The notes: generated by a model from the sequence alone, not told the origin. 43,468 nt of DNA from an uncultured Candidatus Saccharibacteria bacterium (GCA_964493145.1 CAZBMV010000004.1:1-43468), one strand, 5' to 3'. Numbered from the stretch's first letter, positions 1-8,887 are shown. Translations and numbers: made by a program.

Positions 1-225
1 GTTTTCGTAGCCCGTGGTGTTGGAGTGGAGGGAGTAGTTTCCGTTGGCGGTGTTGGCCTGGCCGGTGGTGTTGGAGTAGAGAGAGTAGTTGCCGTTGGCG
101 GTGTTGTATAATCCCGTGGTGTTGGAGTAGAGAGAGTAGTTGCCGTTGGCGGTGTTTTCGTAGCCCGTGGTGTTGGAGTGGAGGGAGTAGTTTCCGTTGG
201 CGGTGTTGTTGTAGCCCGTGGTGTT
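1..225 (-). repeat. Coding tandem repeat, 51-bp period (17 aa, NTTGxxNTANGNYSL[H/Y]S), >=4.4 copies
   Basis: The cc[c/g]gtggtgtt core recurs at 11, 62, 113, 164 and 215. Units 1-51 and 154-204 are identical. Confidence 0.95.
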
Positions 226-3200
226 AGAAAAAAGTGCTTTGCTTCCAAATGCGCTATTACCCAAAATGTCACCCCCGAGCGAAAGCCATGCTTCATTATC
301 CCATCCAGTAACAATAAAAGATGGTGTGATGGTCGCCGCTTTTATGGAAACGTTATCTATAGTCCATGTACTATCAGAAATGAAATCGACATTTTCAAAT
401 GTAATTGTTTCCGTCCCAGTGTAATCTGTTGTGAACGCAACCAAATGTGTACCGTTCCCGAATGGTTCTTCATTGGATCCAACAAATTGTCCGACGTCTA
501 AATAAAAAGTAACAGTATCAGTCGCAACGTTTGTAAGAGTAAAGGTGAGAATGTATGTTTGACCAGCAACTGTTGAAAAATCTGTTGAAAGCGCAGGCGA
601 ATCAGCATCTCCCTGACACGTTGCGTCATACGTAACGGTAACGTTGTTACTGTTGTACACGGAACATCCACTCTGGAGTGTCCATCCTGTTGCTGAACCG
701 GTGAACGTGCCGTTTGTTACGAGTTCACTTCCCGTCTCTGGAGTATTCGCAACGGTGAGTTTTGCTGATGGTGTGGTGGTTCCAATACCAACATTCCCCC
801 CAAAGTACGCATTCCCCGTCGTCGTCGCACCACCGGAGATGGTGAGGCCTGTCGCACCGGTGCCACCACCGATGGTTGAGGAGGCGAGTGTGACAATCCC
901 AATTGCTGATGTTGAGGATGGGGTGAGGCGGGTGCCGTCAAAGAGCCAGTTGGAGACGCCGTCTCCCGCACCTCCGCTAAGACCGAGTGTTGACGTTGCG
1001 ACCCACGTGACACCACTTCCCGTCGTCTGGAGTACCATGCCGTTTGTGCCGGCGCTGTTTGCGCCATCGTAGAGAGCGCCGGTGAGAATCATGTCGCCGG
1101 CGACCGAGAGAAGGCGTGACGGTGATGAGGTACCGATACCCGTGTAGCCGTTGTACCCGACAACAAACTTTGAGTCGCCGGCGACTTGGAAATCAACAAA
1201 CTTTGCCGAAGAGCCGGTGAAGCTTCCCGTCGTGTTACCGAAGTTCATGAGGAGGCCGGTGCCGGTAAACGCGGAACCGTCGTGGTAGAACGAGACAAGT
1301 TCTTCCGACGTAATGGTGCCGGAGTACGCACGGAGTGCGTTACCCTGTGTCGTCCCTTGTGTCTCCGCAAAGACACCAGCAGGTTGGTACGTATCGCCCG
1401 CATCACCCAAGGTCGTACCGCGCACGCCGAAGGTGCGCGCGAAGCCGGAGAGTGCGGTATTTTCTCCCTTCGTGTTTGTCCCACGGTACGCCTGTACCTC
1501 AAGCCCGCGGACGGTGTTGCCGAGAGTGGAATTATCTTCAATGCGAAGCATGGAACCGACGAGCGTTGAGGTCGCCGTTGGTGCGTTCACTATGTAGGTG
1601 TTGTCCCCGTAGTAGACGGCGCTCAAGGTGTTGTTTGTAAATTGGAGGCGTTCCTTGATGCCGCCGATGACCGCGCCAGTGAGACCTGATTTATCAATGG
1701 TGAGAGTCTGTGATTCCGGCGTGGTGCTTCCAAGAGAGAGTTTCCCTCCAAAGTACGCATTCCCCGTCGTCGTCGCACCGCCGGAGATGGTGAGACCTGT
1801 CGCACCGGTGCCACCGCCGATGGTGGAAGAGGCAAGTGTGACAATCCCAATTGCTGATGTTGAGGATGGGGTGAGGCGAGTGCCGTTGAAGAGCCAATTT
1901 GAGGAGCCTCCCGACGCTGAAGCACTGAGGACGCCGTTTGTGACTGAGAGACCGGTACCGGTGATGTCCGTGATGACGTCGCTCCCTATCTTGAAGGAGC
2001 CGGTGACTGCGAGCGTGGTTGAGGTGGCGTTCGTTATCGTACTTGATGCGGCGGTCACGTTGTTGAGGACGTAGAGATCGCCTGCGACGGTGAGTTTGCG
2101 TGAGGGTGTCGTACTGCCGATGCCGATGTTGCCTGAGGAGACGCTGGTGCCCGTGCCGTCTATACCGGTACCGAAGATGAGGTTGCCGATGGTGAGTTGG
2201 TTTGAAGCGTTGTTGGATGGCAGGTCAATGTCGTACCCGATGGCGATGTTGTTGCTTCCTGAGGTGAGTGCGTCACCAACTTGGTACCCGAGGAGAAGGT
2301 TGCCCGAGCCGGTGGTGAGATTAAGGCCGGTTTGGTAGCCGACAAAGGTGCTTGAAGAATATGAATTATCAAAAACACCTCTTCCAGATTTGTATCCTAC
2401 ACCCACATTTGCATAACCGGTTTTATTGTATTCACCAGTGTAGTTTCCTACAAACAAATTATATGAACCAGTCGTATTGGTATAACCAGATTCATAACCT
2501 AAAAATGAATTATCAAAACCAGTTGTATTAAAATTGCCAGCATAAGAACCCATAAAAGAATTTCTAGCTCCTGTCGTATTTTTATGACCAGTTTGATAAC
2601 CTATAGCGACGTTATAATCTCCCGTCATGGGAACTGATGAAGAACCATAGAGCGCTTGGTAGCCGAGAGCAATGTTGTCAGTAGCACCGGAACCAAGATA
2701 TGAGAGTGTCTCGTTTCCAATACCGACATTGTTCGTGTTCGAAGAAAAAAGTGGATTTGTGGACGTTGGTCCTCCATTTATGAAAATATTGGAATTTGTG
2801 GTTGTACCAAACGTGAGACGACCGTCCCTGCCGAGGGAGAGAAGGTTGGAGCCGGTAGACGAGGCGAAGGAGAAGAGGTTTGCACCGCCCGAGCCCGTGA
2901 GGGCGAGGGCGGCTGATGGTGAGGTGGTGCCGATGCCGAGTCGTTTACTGGCATCGTCCCAAAATAAATTTGTATTGTCCTGTGCATAGACACCAGAGGT
3001 TGTCGCAAAAATAATACTCCCAGCAGTAAAATATGTTGTGGTACCAGTACCACCATACCCAACATCAATTACATCTCCTTCCCACGTTGCTGATGTGAAG
3101 GATTGCCCTCCATCAACCATTGCCACAGTACCTGAAGTGTCAGGAAATGTGTACGTTCTGTCTGCAGTAAGGTCAGTGACATCAAAAATGCCATAGTAAC

Positions 3201-4731
3201 TTGGTGAAACGTCTGATTCTATAATCCGAAGATACGCATTCTCATTGCCTATGCTCACACTACCATACCCATCAATAGAAAAATATGCGGGCACTTCATC
3301 ACTTTCATTAACACTGAATGCTAACGCTTCTCCTGTGGAATAAACCTGCAATTTAGCAATATCATTTGTACCAGATGTAGGAAACCCGATTTTCACCTTT
3401 CCGCTTGCATCAATGACAAATGGCGAAACGTCATTTGCGCTATCGTTGACAACAAAACTATTCCCCGTGCCACCATTCGTGAGTGTGAGGACCGCGGTAC
3501 CTGTTGCTGTGATCGTGGTAGAAGCATCAAGCAACAGTGAATCTTTGAACTCAGTAAAATCAAGTGAGTCAGGAGTGATGAACGAATTGGCGGTTGTGGT
3601 AACGCCCCACGTACCCGCCGAAATGTATGGGATGCCTGTCTCGCCGGAAGTGTCCATTCCGGTACCTCCGTACATTGCACCTATTTCGGTACCAATCCAC
3701 GAACCACTAATATTCCCTGATGCATCAACACTGAAACTATTGTTCTCAAAACTTCCATCTCCGTATATCCAAAAATTTTCCGATGCGAGTACGGTTTCCC
3801 AATTTGATCCTATGGAAATTGCCTCTTCGTATGCGCTCGTATCTGAATTAAGCCCATCAATAAGGAGCCCGTAGTATGTTTCATCTCCACTGGGAGTTCC
3901 AGTGGCATTGAGGTTGATGTGGATACCTGAATTCGTGTTCCCGGCACCATTACCAACTTGCATATTCACATACAAACCATCCACACCGTCGGCAATGATG
4001 CCGGTACCGGTTGCTGTTGACGTGTCAACAATCATCATGTCATCCGTTGGGACATCATTGACCCCGAAGTACGTACTCCCCATACCGATAATACCCGTGC
4101 TTAGAACAGAAAATATTTCTGTCGTACCCGAAAAAAGATTAAAGATATCGCCAGAACCTGATTGTGTAATTGTGAGAAGTGAGCTCGCACTTGAAGTGGC
4201 GATGGTGTTTGGTGCATCGGTACGCACAAACTGTGATGATGTGAGTCCGTCCAGTTTGTCTGCTTCAAATGCGGCGGGGACGGCGCCGAGTATTTTGCGC
4301 GGACTCATTTCGCCGTCCCATGTGGGAGTAGAGGTGCCGCCAATTTCCACGCCGAGGTACAGAGTTTGGTTGAAGTCCACACCCGTGAGCGGTGACGTAC
4401 TTCCGAGCATGATGCTGAAGAGGCCGTTCGTTACCTGTACCTTGTCGGTGCCCGTGAGTTCCTCACTCCAGATTGCGCTCGTCGTTGCGATGCTTGGCGA
4501 GGTGAGGAGCCAGAAGCGCATGTTGTATGTGCCGTCAGCGACCGCAACGTTTGATGCATTGGTAAGTTTACCTTGGTAGTTGATTTCGTAATTTGGGGCG
4601 GCATCCGTCACGCGCGCACCGAACGAGAGAAGAGCGAACGCAACACCGACGACACCGACGCCGATCATGCGAACTACGGACATCCGATGTCCATAATTCG
4701 CGTGTATTTGGTTTTTAGGATTGGTGTTCAT
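1..4731 (-). CDS. Giant secreted/surface adhesin or tail-fibre-like protein, >1577 aa, 3' end outside the window
   Basis: ATG at 4731 (alternative 4683) reads MNTNPKNQ..., a hydrophobic signal segment, then APNYEINYQGKLTNASNVAVADGTYNMRFWL...NGLFSIMLGS...EMSPRKILGAVPAAF. The same frame still reads NTTGYEN at nt 1, and the ORF track shows no stop-terminated ORF in this frame, so it is open to the edge. Contains recurrent GNVGIGTTTP-type motifs, NTTG repeats and a probable carbohydrate-binding beta-sandwich (ELVTNGTFTGSATGW...IDNVSIK, ~330-730). Confidence 0.9.
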   Translation of the reverse strand, partial: MNTNPKNQIHANYGHRMSVVRMIGVGVVGVAFALLSFGARVTDAAPNYEINYQGKLTNASNVAVADGTYNMRFWLLTSPSIATTSAIWSEELTGTDKVQVTNGLFSIMLGSTSPLTGVDFNQTLYLGVEIGGTSTPTWDGEMSPRKILGAVPAAFEADKLDGLTSSQFVRTDAPNTIATSSASSLLTITQSGSGDIFNLFSGTTEIFSVLSTGIIGMGSTYFGVNDVPTDDMMIVDTSTATGTGIIADGVDGLYVNMQVGNGAGNTNSGIHINLNATGTPSGDETYYGLLIDGLNSDTSAYEEAISIGSNWETVLASENFWIYGDGSFENNSFSVDASGNISGSWIGTEIGAMYGGTGMDTSGETGIPYISAGTWGVTTTANSFITPDSLDFTEFKDSLLLDASTTITATGTAVLTLTNGGTGNSFVVNDSANDVSPFVIDASGKVKIGFPTSGTNDIAKLQVYSTGEALAFSVNESDEVPAYFSIDGYGSVSIGNENAYLRIIESDVSPSYYGIFDVTDLTADRTYTFPDTSGTVAMVDGGQSFTSATWEGDVIDVGYGGTGTTTYFTAGSIIFATTSGVYAQDNTNLFWDDASKRLGIGTTSPSAALALTGSGGANLFSFASSTGSNLLSLGRDGRLTFGTTTNSNIFINGGPTSTNPLFSSNTNNVGIGNETLSYLGSGATDNIALGYQALYGSSSVPMTGDYNVAIGYQTGHKNTTGARNSFMGSYAGNFNTTGFDNSFLGYESGYTNTTGSYNLFVGNYTGEYNKTGYANVGVGYKSGRGVFDNSYSSSTFVGYQTGLNLTTGSGNLLLGYQVGDALTSGSNNIAIGYDIDLPSNNASNQLTIGNLIFGTGIDGTGTSVSSGNIGIGSTTPSRKLTVAGDLYVLNNVTAASSTITNATSTTLAVTGSFKIGSDVITDITGTGLSVTNGVLSASASGGSSNWLFNGTRLTPSSTSAIGIVTLASSTIGGGTGATGLTISGGATTTGNAYFGGKLSLGSTTPESQTLTIDKSGLTGAVIGGIKERLQFTNNTLSAVYYGDNTYIVNAPTATSTLVGSMLRIEDNSTLGNTVRGLEVQAYRGTNTKGENTALSGFARTFGVRGTTLGDAGDTYQPAGVFAETQGTTQGNALRAYSGTITSEELVSFYHDGSAFTGTGLLMNFGNTTGSFTGSSAKFVDFQVAGDSKFVVGYNGYTGIGTSSPSRLLSVAGDMILTGALYDGANSAGTNGMVLQTTGSGVTWVATSTLGLSGGAGDGVSNWLFDGTRLTPSSTSAIGIVTLASSTIGGGTGATGLTISGGATTTGNAYFGGNVGIGTTTPSAKLTVANTPETGSELVTNGTFTGSATGWTLQSGCSVYNSNNVTVTYDATCQGDADSPALSTDFSTVAGQTYILTFTLTNVATDTVTFYLDVGQFVGSNEEPFGNGTHLVAFTTDYTGTETITFENVDFISDSTWTIDNVSIKAATITPSFIVTGWDNEAWLSLGGDILGNSAFGSKALFSNTTGYNNTANGNYSLHSNTTGYENTANGNYSLYSNTTGLYNTANGNYSLYSNTTGQANTANGNYSLHSNTTGYEN
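800..948 (-). repeat. 149-bp intragenic direct repeat, copy A
   Basis: Matches 1748-1896 with 9 differences by manual alignment. Encodes WLF(D/N)GTRLTPSSTSAIGIVTLASSTIGGGTGATGLTISGGATTTGNAYFG. Confidence 0.95.
1748..1896 (-). repeat. 149-bp intragenic direct repeat, copy B
   Basis: Offset of 948 bp (in frame) from copy A, with only one amino-acid change. Confidence 0.95.
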
Positions 4732-4791
4732 TGTGTTGTACCTGTATTCTTCTTGTGCGTTTTTTTGTACGTAATATATTTTCAGCAATCA

Positions 4792-5337
4792 CTACGAAGA
4801 AGACCTCAGCGGAGTTCCGTCTCCACCGGAGGCCTTCTCTTTTGATTTCGCATCCCCTGTAACCGTACTTGACTTTTCTGGTGTGCCTGTGTAACCTTGT
4901 ATATACACATTGGCTTCGGCCCCCGAGGACCCCGCGCGAGCGGGGTCCGTTTTTGTTACCGCACCAGTAACAGCAGTGATTAGTTTTGCAAATACATCAT
5001 GAGGTACAACGCCTATCTGTCGTACGAGTCGTTTACGATCAAAAGCACGCATCTGAAGTATAAGTGCATCATTCTCTGTACCTTTCAAAATGAATCGCAC
5101 ACGGAATGGACGGTTTACTAACTTCGTTGTAAGTGGAATACCCCAGAACATATCTTCTGTAAATTGTCGCAGTACAATAACAGGACGACTAAAATCTCCT
5201 GTTTGTGAATGTTGCTCAGAACCAACATTCACTCCAATTGTGCACCACCACACTTCACGTTCATGACAGTGTGGACTATTCGTTGTTGAGTCAATTCTTT
5301 TTTTTCTTTTATTCCATCGGTCAAAATCTTTTCCCAT
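4792..5337 (-). CDS. PemK/MazF-family endoribonuclease-like toxin with no adjacent antitoxin ORF (alternative start 5391)
   Basis: EVWWCTIGVNVGSEQ...FSRPVIVLRQF...WGIPLTT...LQMRAFDRKRL match PemK/MazF-fold motifs, followed by a ~50-aa low-complexity tail. Confidence 0.8.
   Translation of the reverse strand: MGKDFDRWNKRKKRIDSTTNSPHCHEREVWWCTIGVNVGSEQHSQTGDFSRPVIVLRQFTEDMFWGIPLTTKLVNRPFRVRFILKGTENDALILQMRAFDRKRLVRQIGVVPHDVFAKLITAVTGAVTKTDPARAGSSGAEANVYIQGYTGTPEKSSTVTGDAKSKEKASGGDGTPLRSSS
4798..4838 (-). terminator. 41-nt hairpin at the 3' end of the toxin ORF
   Basis: Minus strand: AGAAGGCCTC-C-GGTGGAG-ACGGAA-CTCCGCT-GAGGTCTTCT, giving 10+7 bp stems whose non-WC pairs are G-U on this strand. 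Confidence 0.6.
4869..4897 (+). promoter_or_regulatory. Sigma70-type promoter antisense to the toxin gene
   Basis: TTGACT (4869-4874), 17-bp spacer ending TGTG, then TAACCT (4892-4897). Same geometry as the TA promoters at 18529-18557 and 20894-20922. Confidence 0.65.
4904..4954 (+). ncRNA. Predicted ~50-nt antisense small RNA (candidate RNA antitoxin)
   Basis: Downstream of the promoter lie GGC-TTCG-GCC (4912-4921), then the 9-bp stem GGACCCCGC-GCGA-GCGGGGTCC (4927-4948) followed by GTTTTT, an intrinsic terminator. Confidence 0.55.
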
Positions 5338-5395
5338 GAGAAAAATGGTATTGGTAGTTTCTGTATTCTTTTGTGGAAAATCGTTTCCCATAAAA

Positions 5396-6109
5396 TTAAT
5401 TGTGTTTTACCGGAACGAGCAAGAACCGATACGCATCTCCTTCACGTTCGTTCTTGAAGATTGGCGTGATGATACCGGTATCGGAATTTCCGGGATCAAC
5501 GGAAACGGAAACCGGGTCGGAGAAAGAGTCGCGAATTTCATCTACCGTCGTTGCGGTAAAAAGTTCATCCGGCGCAACGATGAGTGACGTGTGCGTCGTC
5601 GTCGCAATGCGCGCGCTTGTTGCATTTACCGGTGTTGTCGTCGGTACAGAAACAGCGATGTGGACTACCTCTGGCTCAGGTGAAATGAATGAATAGAAAG
5701 ACTTTGCGAGTGACGCAAGGAATCCTTCGTGTACGCTTGCCTGTTGCGAATTCTCTGCCACACCGAGGTACCCAGTCGCACCAATGGAAAGTCCAATAAC
5801 GACGATGACGAGAGTCTCCACGAGTGCCGTATGGTGTCCGTGAGATTTTTTCGCGTGCTCGTATTTTTTTATTTCCTCTCTGCGCTCAATGCTCAGCGAA
5901 CGCCTCCGAGCGATCTGTTCTTCCTTTGCATTTTTAAAATACCCTTCCGCGGATGGAAGGTGGACGTACCACTTGTTCCCGATTTTTTGCCCCTCAATGT
6001 ATCCCTGTTTAATGCGCAAAAGGAGGTAGTCTTTCGTGTACCCAAATTTCTTACCGGCGATAGTTGCCGGCACGTATTCTTTCCCTTCAATGGTGAGTAC
6101 GCTCGTCAT
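5396..6109 (-). CDS. N-terminal excisionase/MerR-like HTH + single TM helix + extracytoplasmic domain
   Basis: EYVPATIAGKKFGYTKDYLLLRIKQGYIEGQKIGNKWYV (winged HTH) and TM ALVETLVIVVIGLSIGATGYLGV. Confidence 0.8.
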   Translation of the reverse strand: MTSVLTIEGKEYVPATIAGKKFGYTKDYLLLRIKQGYIEGQKIGNKWYVHLPSAEGYFKNAKEEQIARRRSLSIERREEIKKYEHAKKSHGHHTALVETLVIVVIGLSIGATGYLGVAENSQQASVHEGFLASLAKSFYSFISPEPEVVHIAVSVPTTTPVNATSARIATTTHTSLIVAPDELFTATTVDEIRDSFSDPVSVSVDPGNSDTGIITPIFKNEREGDAYRFLLVPVKHN

Positions 6110-6334
6110 GTATAAATAACTTAAATGTACTTACATTGTAAAGGTTTTTCATTTCATTCTACATAGTTTTCATGTGTATAACCGGATATAAAATTTTCAC
6201 AAAAATAAAATAATTTTAAGAGCAATTTTTATCAGCTTCATTCTGCAACACCCGCACATCACACCGTAACAATCACCCACACCTAAGACACACAGGAAAA
6301 GAACCGTTTGAACAATGTTGATCAAATAATTCAC

Positions 6335-6366
6335 TTACTTTTAGCGACACGTGTCACAAAAAGTAA
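6335..6366. promoter_or_regulatory. Interrupted palindrome between the HTH genes
   Basis: TTACTTTT-agc-GACACGTGTC-aca-AAAAGTAA. Confidence 0.4.
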
Positions 6367-6504
6367 ACATGCGCGCACTTCTTGTTGCTATTTGGTATTA
6401 TTCTACGGAGCATTATGCGACGAATTGGGAAATATTTTGAAATACGAACATGACAACTTGTGTGTGAGTACAAAAATAATTACAACCTCGTTTGTCCGAG
6501 ATGT

Positions 6505-7401
6505 CTATATTTTCAGTTCTAGAATAGACAATGTATCCTCTAGCGAAATTGAGTATGAATGATTTTCTAAAACGCTACCGTCATCGCTAAATGAGTATGT
6601 ACTCGTTTTTGATGTACATGCGGTGGCAACTACCAGTATGAGTATTACAGCAACGAATGCAATGTACGCAAGTACCCCCATTTTTTCCTGTGATACCTCT
6701 CCTTCTTGCTGGTTTTCTGCAATGATTGGAGTTGTTTCATCCGTTTGCTCTGTGTTCTGCGATGCGACACGCTCAGCAAAACTCATTTTCTTTGCAATTA
6801 TTGGCGCGCTCTGCTCTTCTTCAGTGGGTACAACCTCTACCTCACGTACAATATTCTTGGGAGCCTCCTTAACTTTGGGGGTGCTTTTAAGAATTGTGGG
6901 GGTGAGTACGGTGGTATCACCGTCTATAACGCCATCGGTAACGTCAACGATCTTGATTTTGCCCTGCATCTGGACCTTCTCACCCTTGTTGATGATGGTT
7001 TTTTCATCACCAATATCCTCGTCAGCAGTAATTCTCGTTTTTTTGTTCTCTTTCTCTGAGCGTATGTCCAATTTTCTTGTTTCGGGTATGAGCGATTCAT
7101 CATCGTGCTCGTACTGAATCACTATATTTCTGGAGATATTTTTTGTTTCTGTGGATTGCTGTCTGTGTTCCTCAATTGAGCGCTTTGCGTACTCACGCGC
7201 CTTAACGCGCGCGATCCTCTTCTTCTCTACACGGTGCGTTCCGAGTTCGTCCTTATTCACATACCATGTTCGTCCGATGAGGTGGGCGTCAACTTGACCA
7301 CTCCGGCACAACTGCCCAACATAGTCAGACGCATAGCCGAGATCCTTTGCGGCCTTTGACGCCTTTACGTAGTCTTTTCCATCAAGAACAAGTACCTCCA
7401 T
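6505..7401 (-). CDS. Paralogous HTH protein with a charged linker and C-terminal TM helix
   Basis: DYVKASKAAKDLGYASDYVGQLCRSGQVDAHLIGRTWYV aligns with the HTH of 5396-6109. TM GVLAYIAFVAVILILVVATAC. Confidence 0.8.
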   Translation of the reverse strand: MEVLVLDGKDYVKASKAAKDLGYASDYVGQLCRSGQVDAHLIGRTWYVNKDELGTHRVEKKRIARVKAREYAKRSIEEHRQQSTETKNISRNIVIQYEHDDESLIPETRKLDIRSEKENKKTRITADEDIGDEKTIINKGEKVQMQGKIKIVDVTDGVIDGDTTVLTPTILKSTPKVKEAPKNIVREVEVVPTEEEQSAPIIAKKMSFAERVASQNTEQTDETTPIIAENQQEGEVSQEKMGVLAYIAFVAVILILVVATACTSKTSTYSFSDDGSVLENHSYSISLEDTLSILELKI

Positions 7402-7432
7402 AGTTCTATAGAGTATCCCACGCCTTTACAAA

Positions 7433-7456
7433 ATACACCAGTTGCAACTGGTGTAT
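7433..7456. promoter_or_regulatory. Perfect 24-bp palindrome (gatB terminator or HTH-gene operator)
   Basis: ATACACCAGTTGCAACTGGTGTAT. Confidence 0.55.
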
Positions 7457-7480
7457 ATCGTGGACACGAGATTCCTCTGT

Positions 7481-8887
7481 TTAGAGCCCTATTATTTCGC
7501 GGAGAAGCTTCATTGCGATCGCAGGATTCACCGAACCCTTAGAAAGCTTCATGCACTGACCAAGAAGAAACTGGAGTGCTGATTCTTTTCCACTTCGCAC
7601 ATCAGCAACAACACCGGCATTTTCGCGTATAACCTGATCAACAATGGTTCGCACCGTATCTTCGGAGTTATTCTGAAGCAGTCCACGCTCTGATACCAAC
7701 TGCATAGGATCCCTGTTCTCAAATACAACTTCAGGCAATATATCCTTCGCCACTCGGGACGTTACCGTGCCTTCAGTAATAAGAGCACACAACGAAACGA
7801 AGTTCTGAGTATCTGTTTGTGCTAGTGTTTTTCCTTCATGGAGTAACGGAACAAGGTCTGTTGAAATATAGTTCGCGGCAATTTTTACCACAGCCGGTTT
7901 ATCACCTGCACATTTTATTATTCCAGCAAAAAATTCATCAATATTTTTTTCAGAAATAATAGTTTCAATTTGTTCTCTCGTTAATCCGAGTTCCCTATAT
8001 TTATCGCGCTTGTATTGAGGTAATACCGGCATTTCCTCTTCTAGACGAGATAGTAAATCTGTTTTTGCAATATCAAGTTTTGGTAAATCAGGATCGGGAA
8101 AATACCTGTAGTCGTGTGCCGTTTCTTTCACCCGTTGCGAAAAAGTTCGTGATTTTGCTTCATCCCACCCACGTGTTTCCTGAATTACGGCTTCATTGCG
8201 CTCTAAAATCTCTATTTGACGCTTAATTTCGTACAAAATAGCGCTTTCTACCGATTTAAATGAGTTTAAATTCTTCACCTCTACCTTTGTTCCCCACTTT
8301 TCGGTATCGCTCACGGAAATGTTTGCCTCCACACGCATCTCCCCCTTTTCCATATTTGCATCGGAAACTCCGAGAGTGCGGAGGAGGAGTTGCAGTTCAC
8401 GTGCAAAGTCACCTGCGGTTTTTGCATCATGGATTACCGGTTCAGTCACCAACTCCATGAGAGGTACACCCGCACGGTTAAAGTCAATGATGCTTCCATC
8501 TCCCTGATCGTGGAGGGAGCGAGCGGTGTCCTCTTCAAGGTGAACACGGGTTATGGTGACACCATTAAGACTTCCGCCACTCACGAGCGGATACGCGTAC
8601 TGACTGATTTGGTACCCCTTCGGGATGTCAGGGTAAAAATAATTCTTGCGATCAAACTCTGTGTACGTTGCAAGTGTTCCACCGAGCGCGTGTCCGACCT
8701 TGAGTACATGCTTCACCGCTTCCATATTTATCGTCGGGAGTGTTCCTGGGTGTCCCATACAGATAGGACAGATGAGTGTGTTCTGCTCTGCGTGGTGCGG
8801 ATCGTTCTTTGAATCGCAAAACATCTTCGTCTCAGTCTTCAACTCTGCGTGGATTTCAAGACCGATGGTGGGCGTGTACGTTTTCAT
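7481..8887 (-). CDS. gatB: Asp-tRNA(Asn)/Glu-tRNA(Gln) amidotransferase subunit B
   Basis: IGLEIHAEL, FDRKNYFYPDIPKGYQISQ, HLEEDT, DFNRAGVPLMELVTEP, GEMRVEANIS, YRYFPDPDL. Confidence 0.98.
   Translation of the reverse strand: MKTYTPTIGLEIHAELKTETKMFCDSKNDPHHAEQNTLICPICMGHPGTLPTINMEAVKHVLKVGHALGGTLATYTEFDRKNYFYPDIPKGYQISQYAYPLVSGGSLNGVTITRVHLEEDTARSLHDQGDGSIIDFNRAGVPLMELVTEPVIHDAKTAGDFARELQLLLRTLGVSDANMEKGEMRVEANISVSDTEKWGTKVEVKNLNSFKSVESAILYEIKRQIEILERNEAVIQETRGWDEAKSRTFSQRVKETAHDYRYFPDPDLPKLDIAKTDLLSRLEEEMPVLPQYKRDKYRELGLTREQIETIISEKNIDEFFAGIIKCAGDKPAVVKIAANYISTDLVPLLHEGKTLAQTDTQNFVSLCALITEGTVTSRVAKDILPEVVFENRDPMQLVSERGLLQNNSEDTVRTIVDQVIRENAGVVADVRSGKESALQFLLGQCMKLSKGSVNPAIAMKLLREIIGL

Noticed and set aside
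1-225. 51-bp repeats as a CRISPR array
   Set aside because: There are no unique spacers. The period is a multiple of 3 and the repeats are in frame within the adhesin, and no cas genes are present.
800-1896. 149-bp repeat pair as a DGR template/variable repeat
   Set aside because: Differences are mostly silent transitions, not adenine-specific. Both copies are coding and no reverse transcriptase is present in the window.
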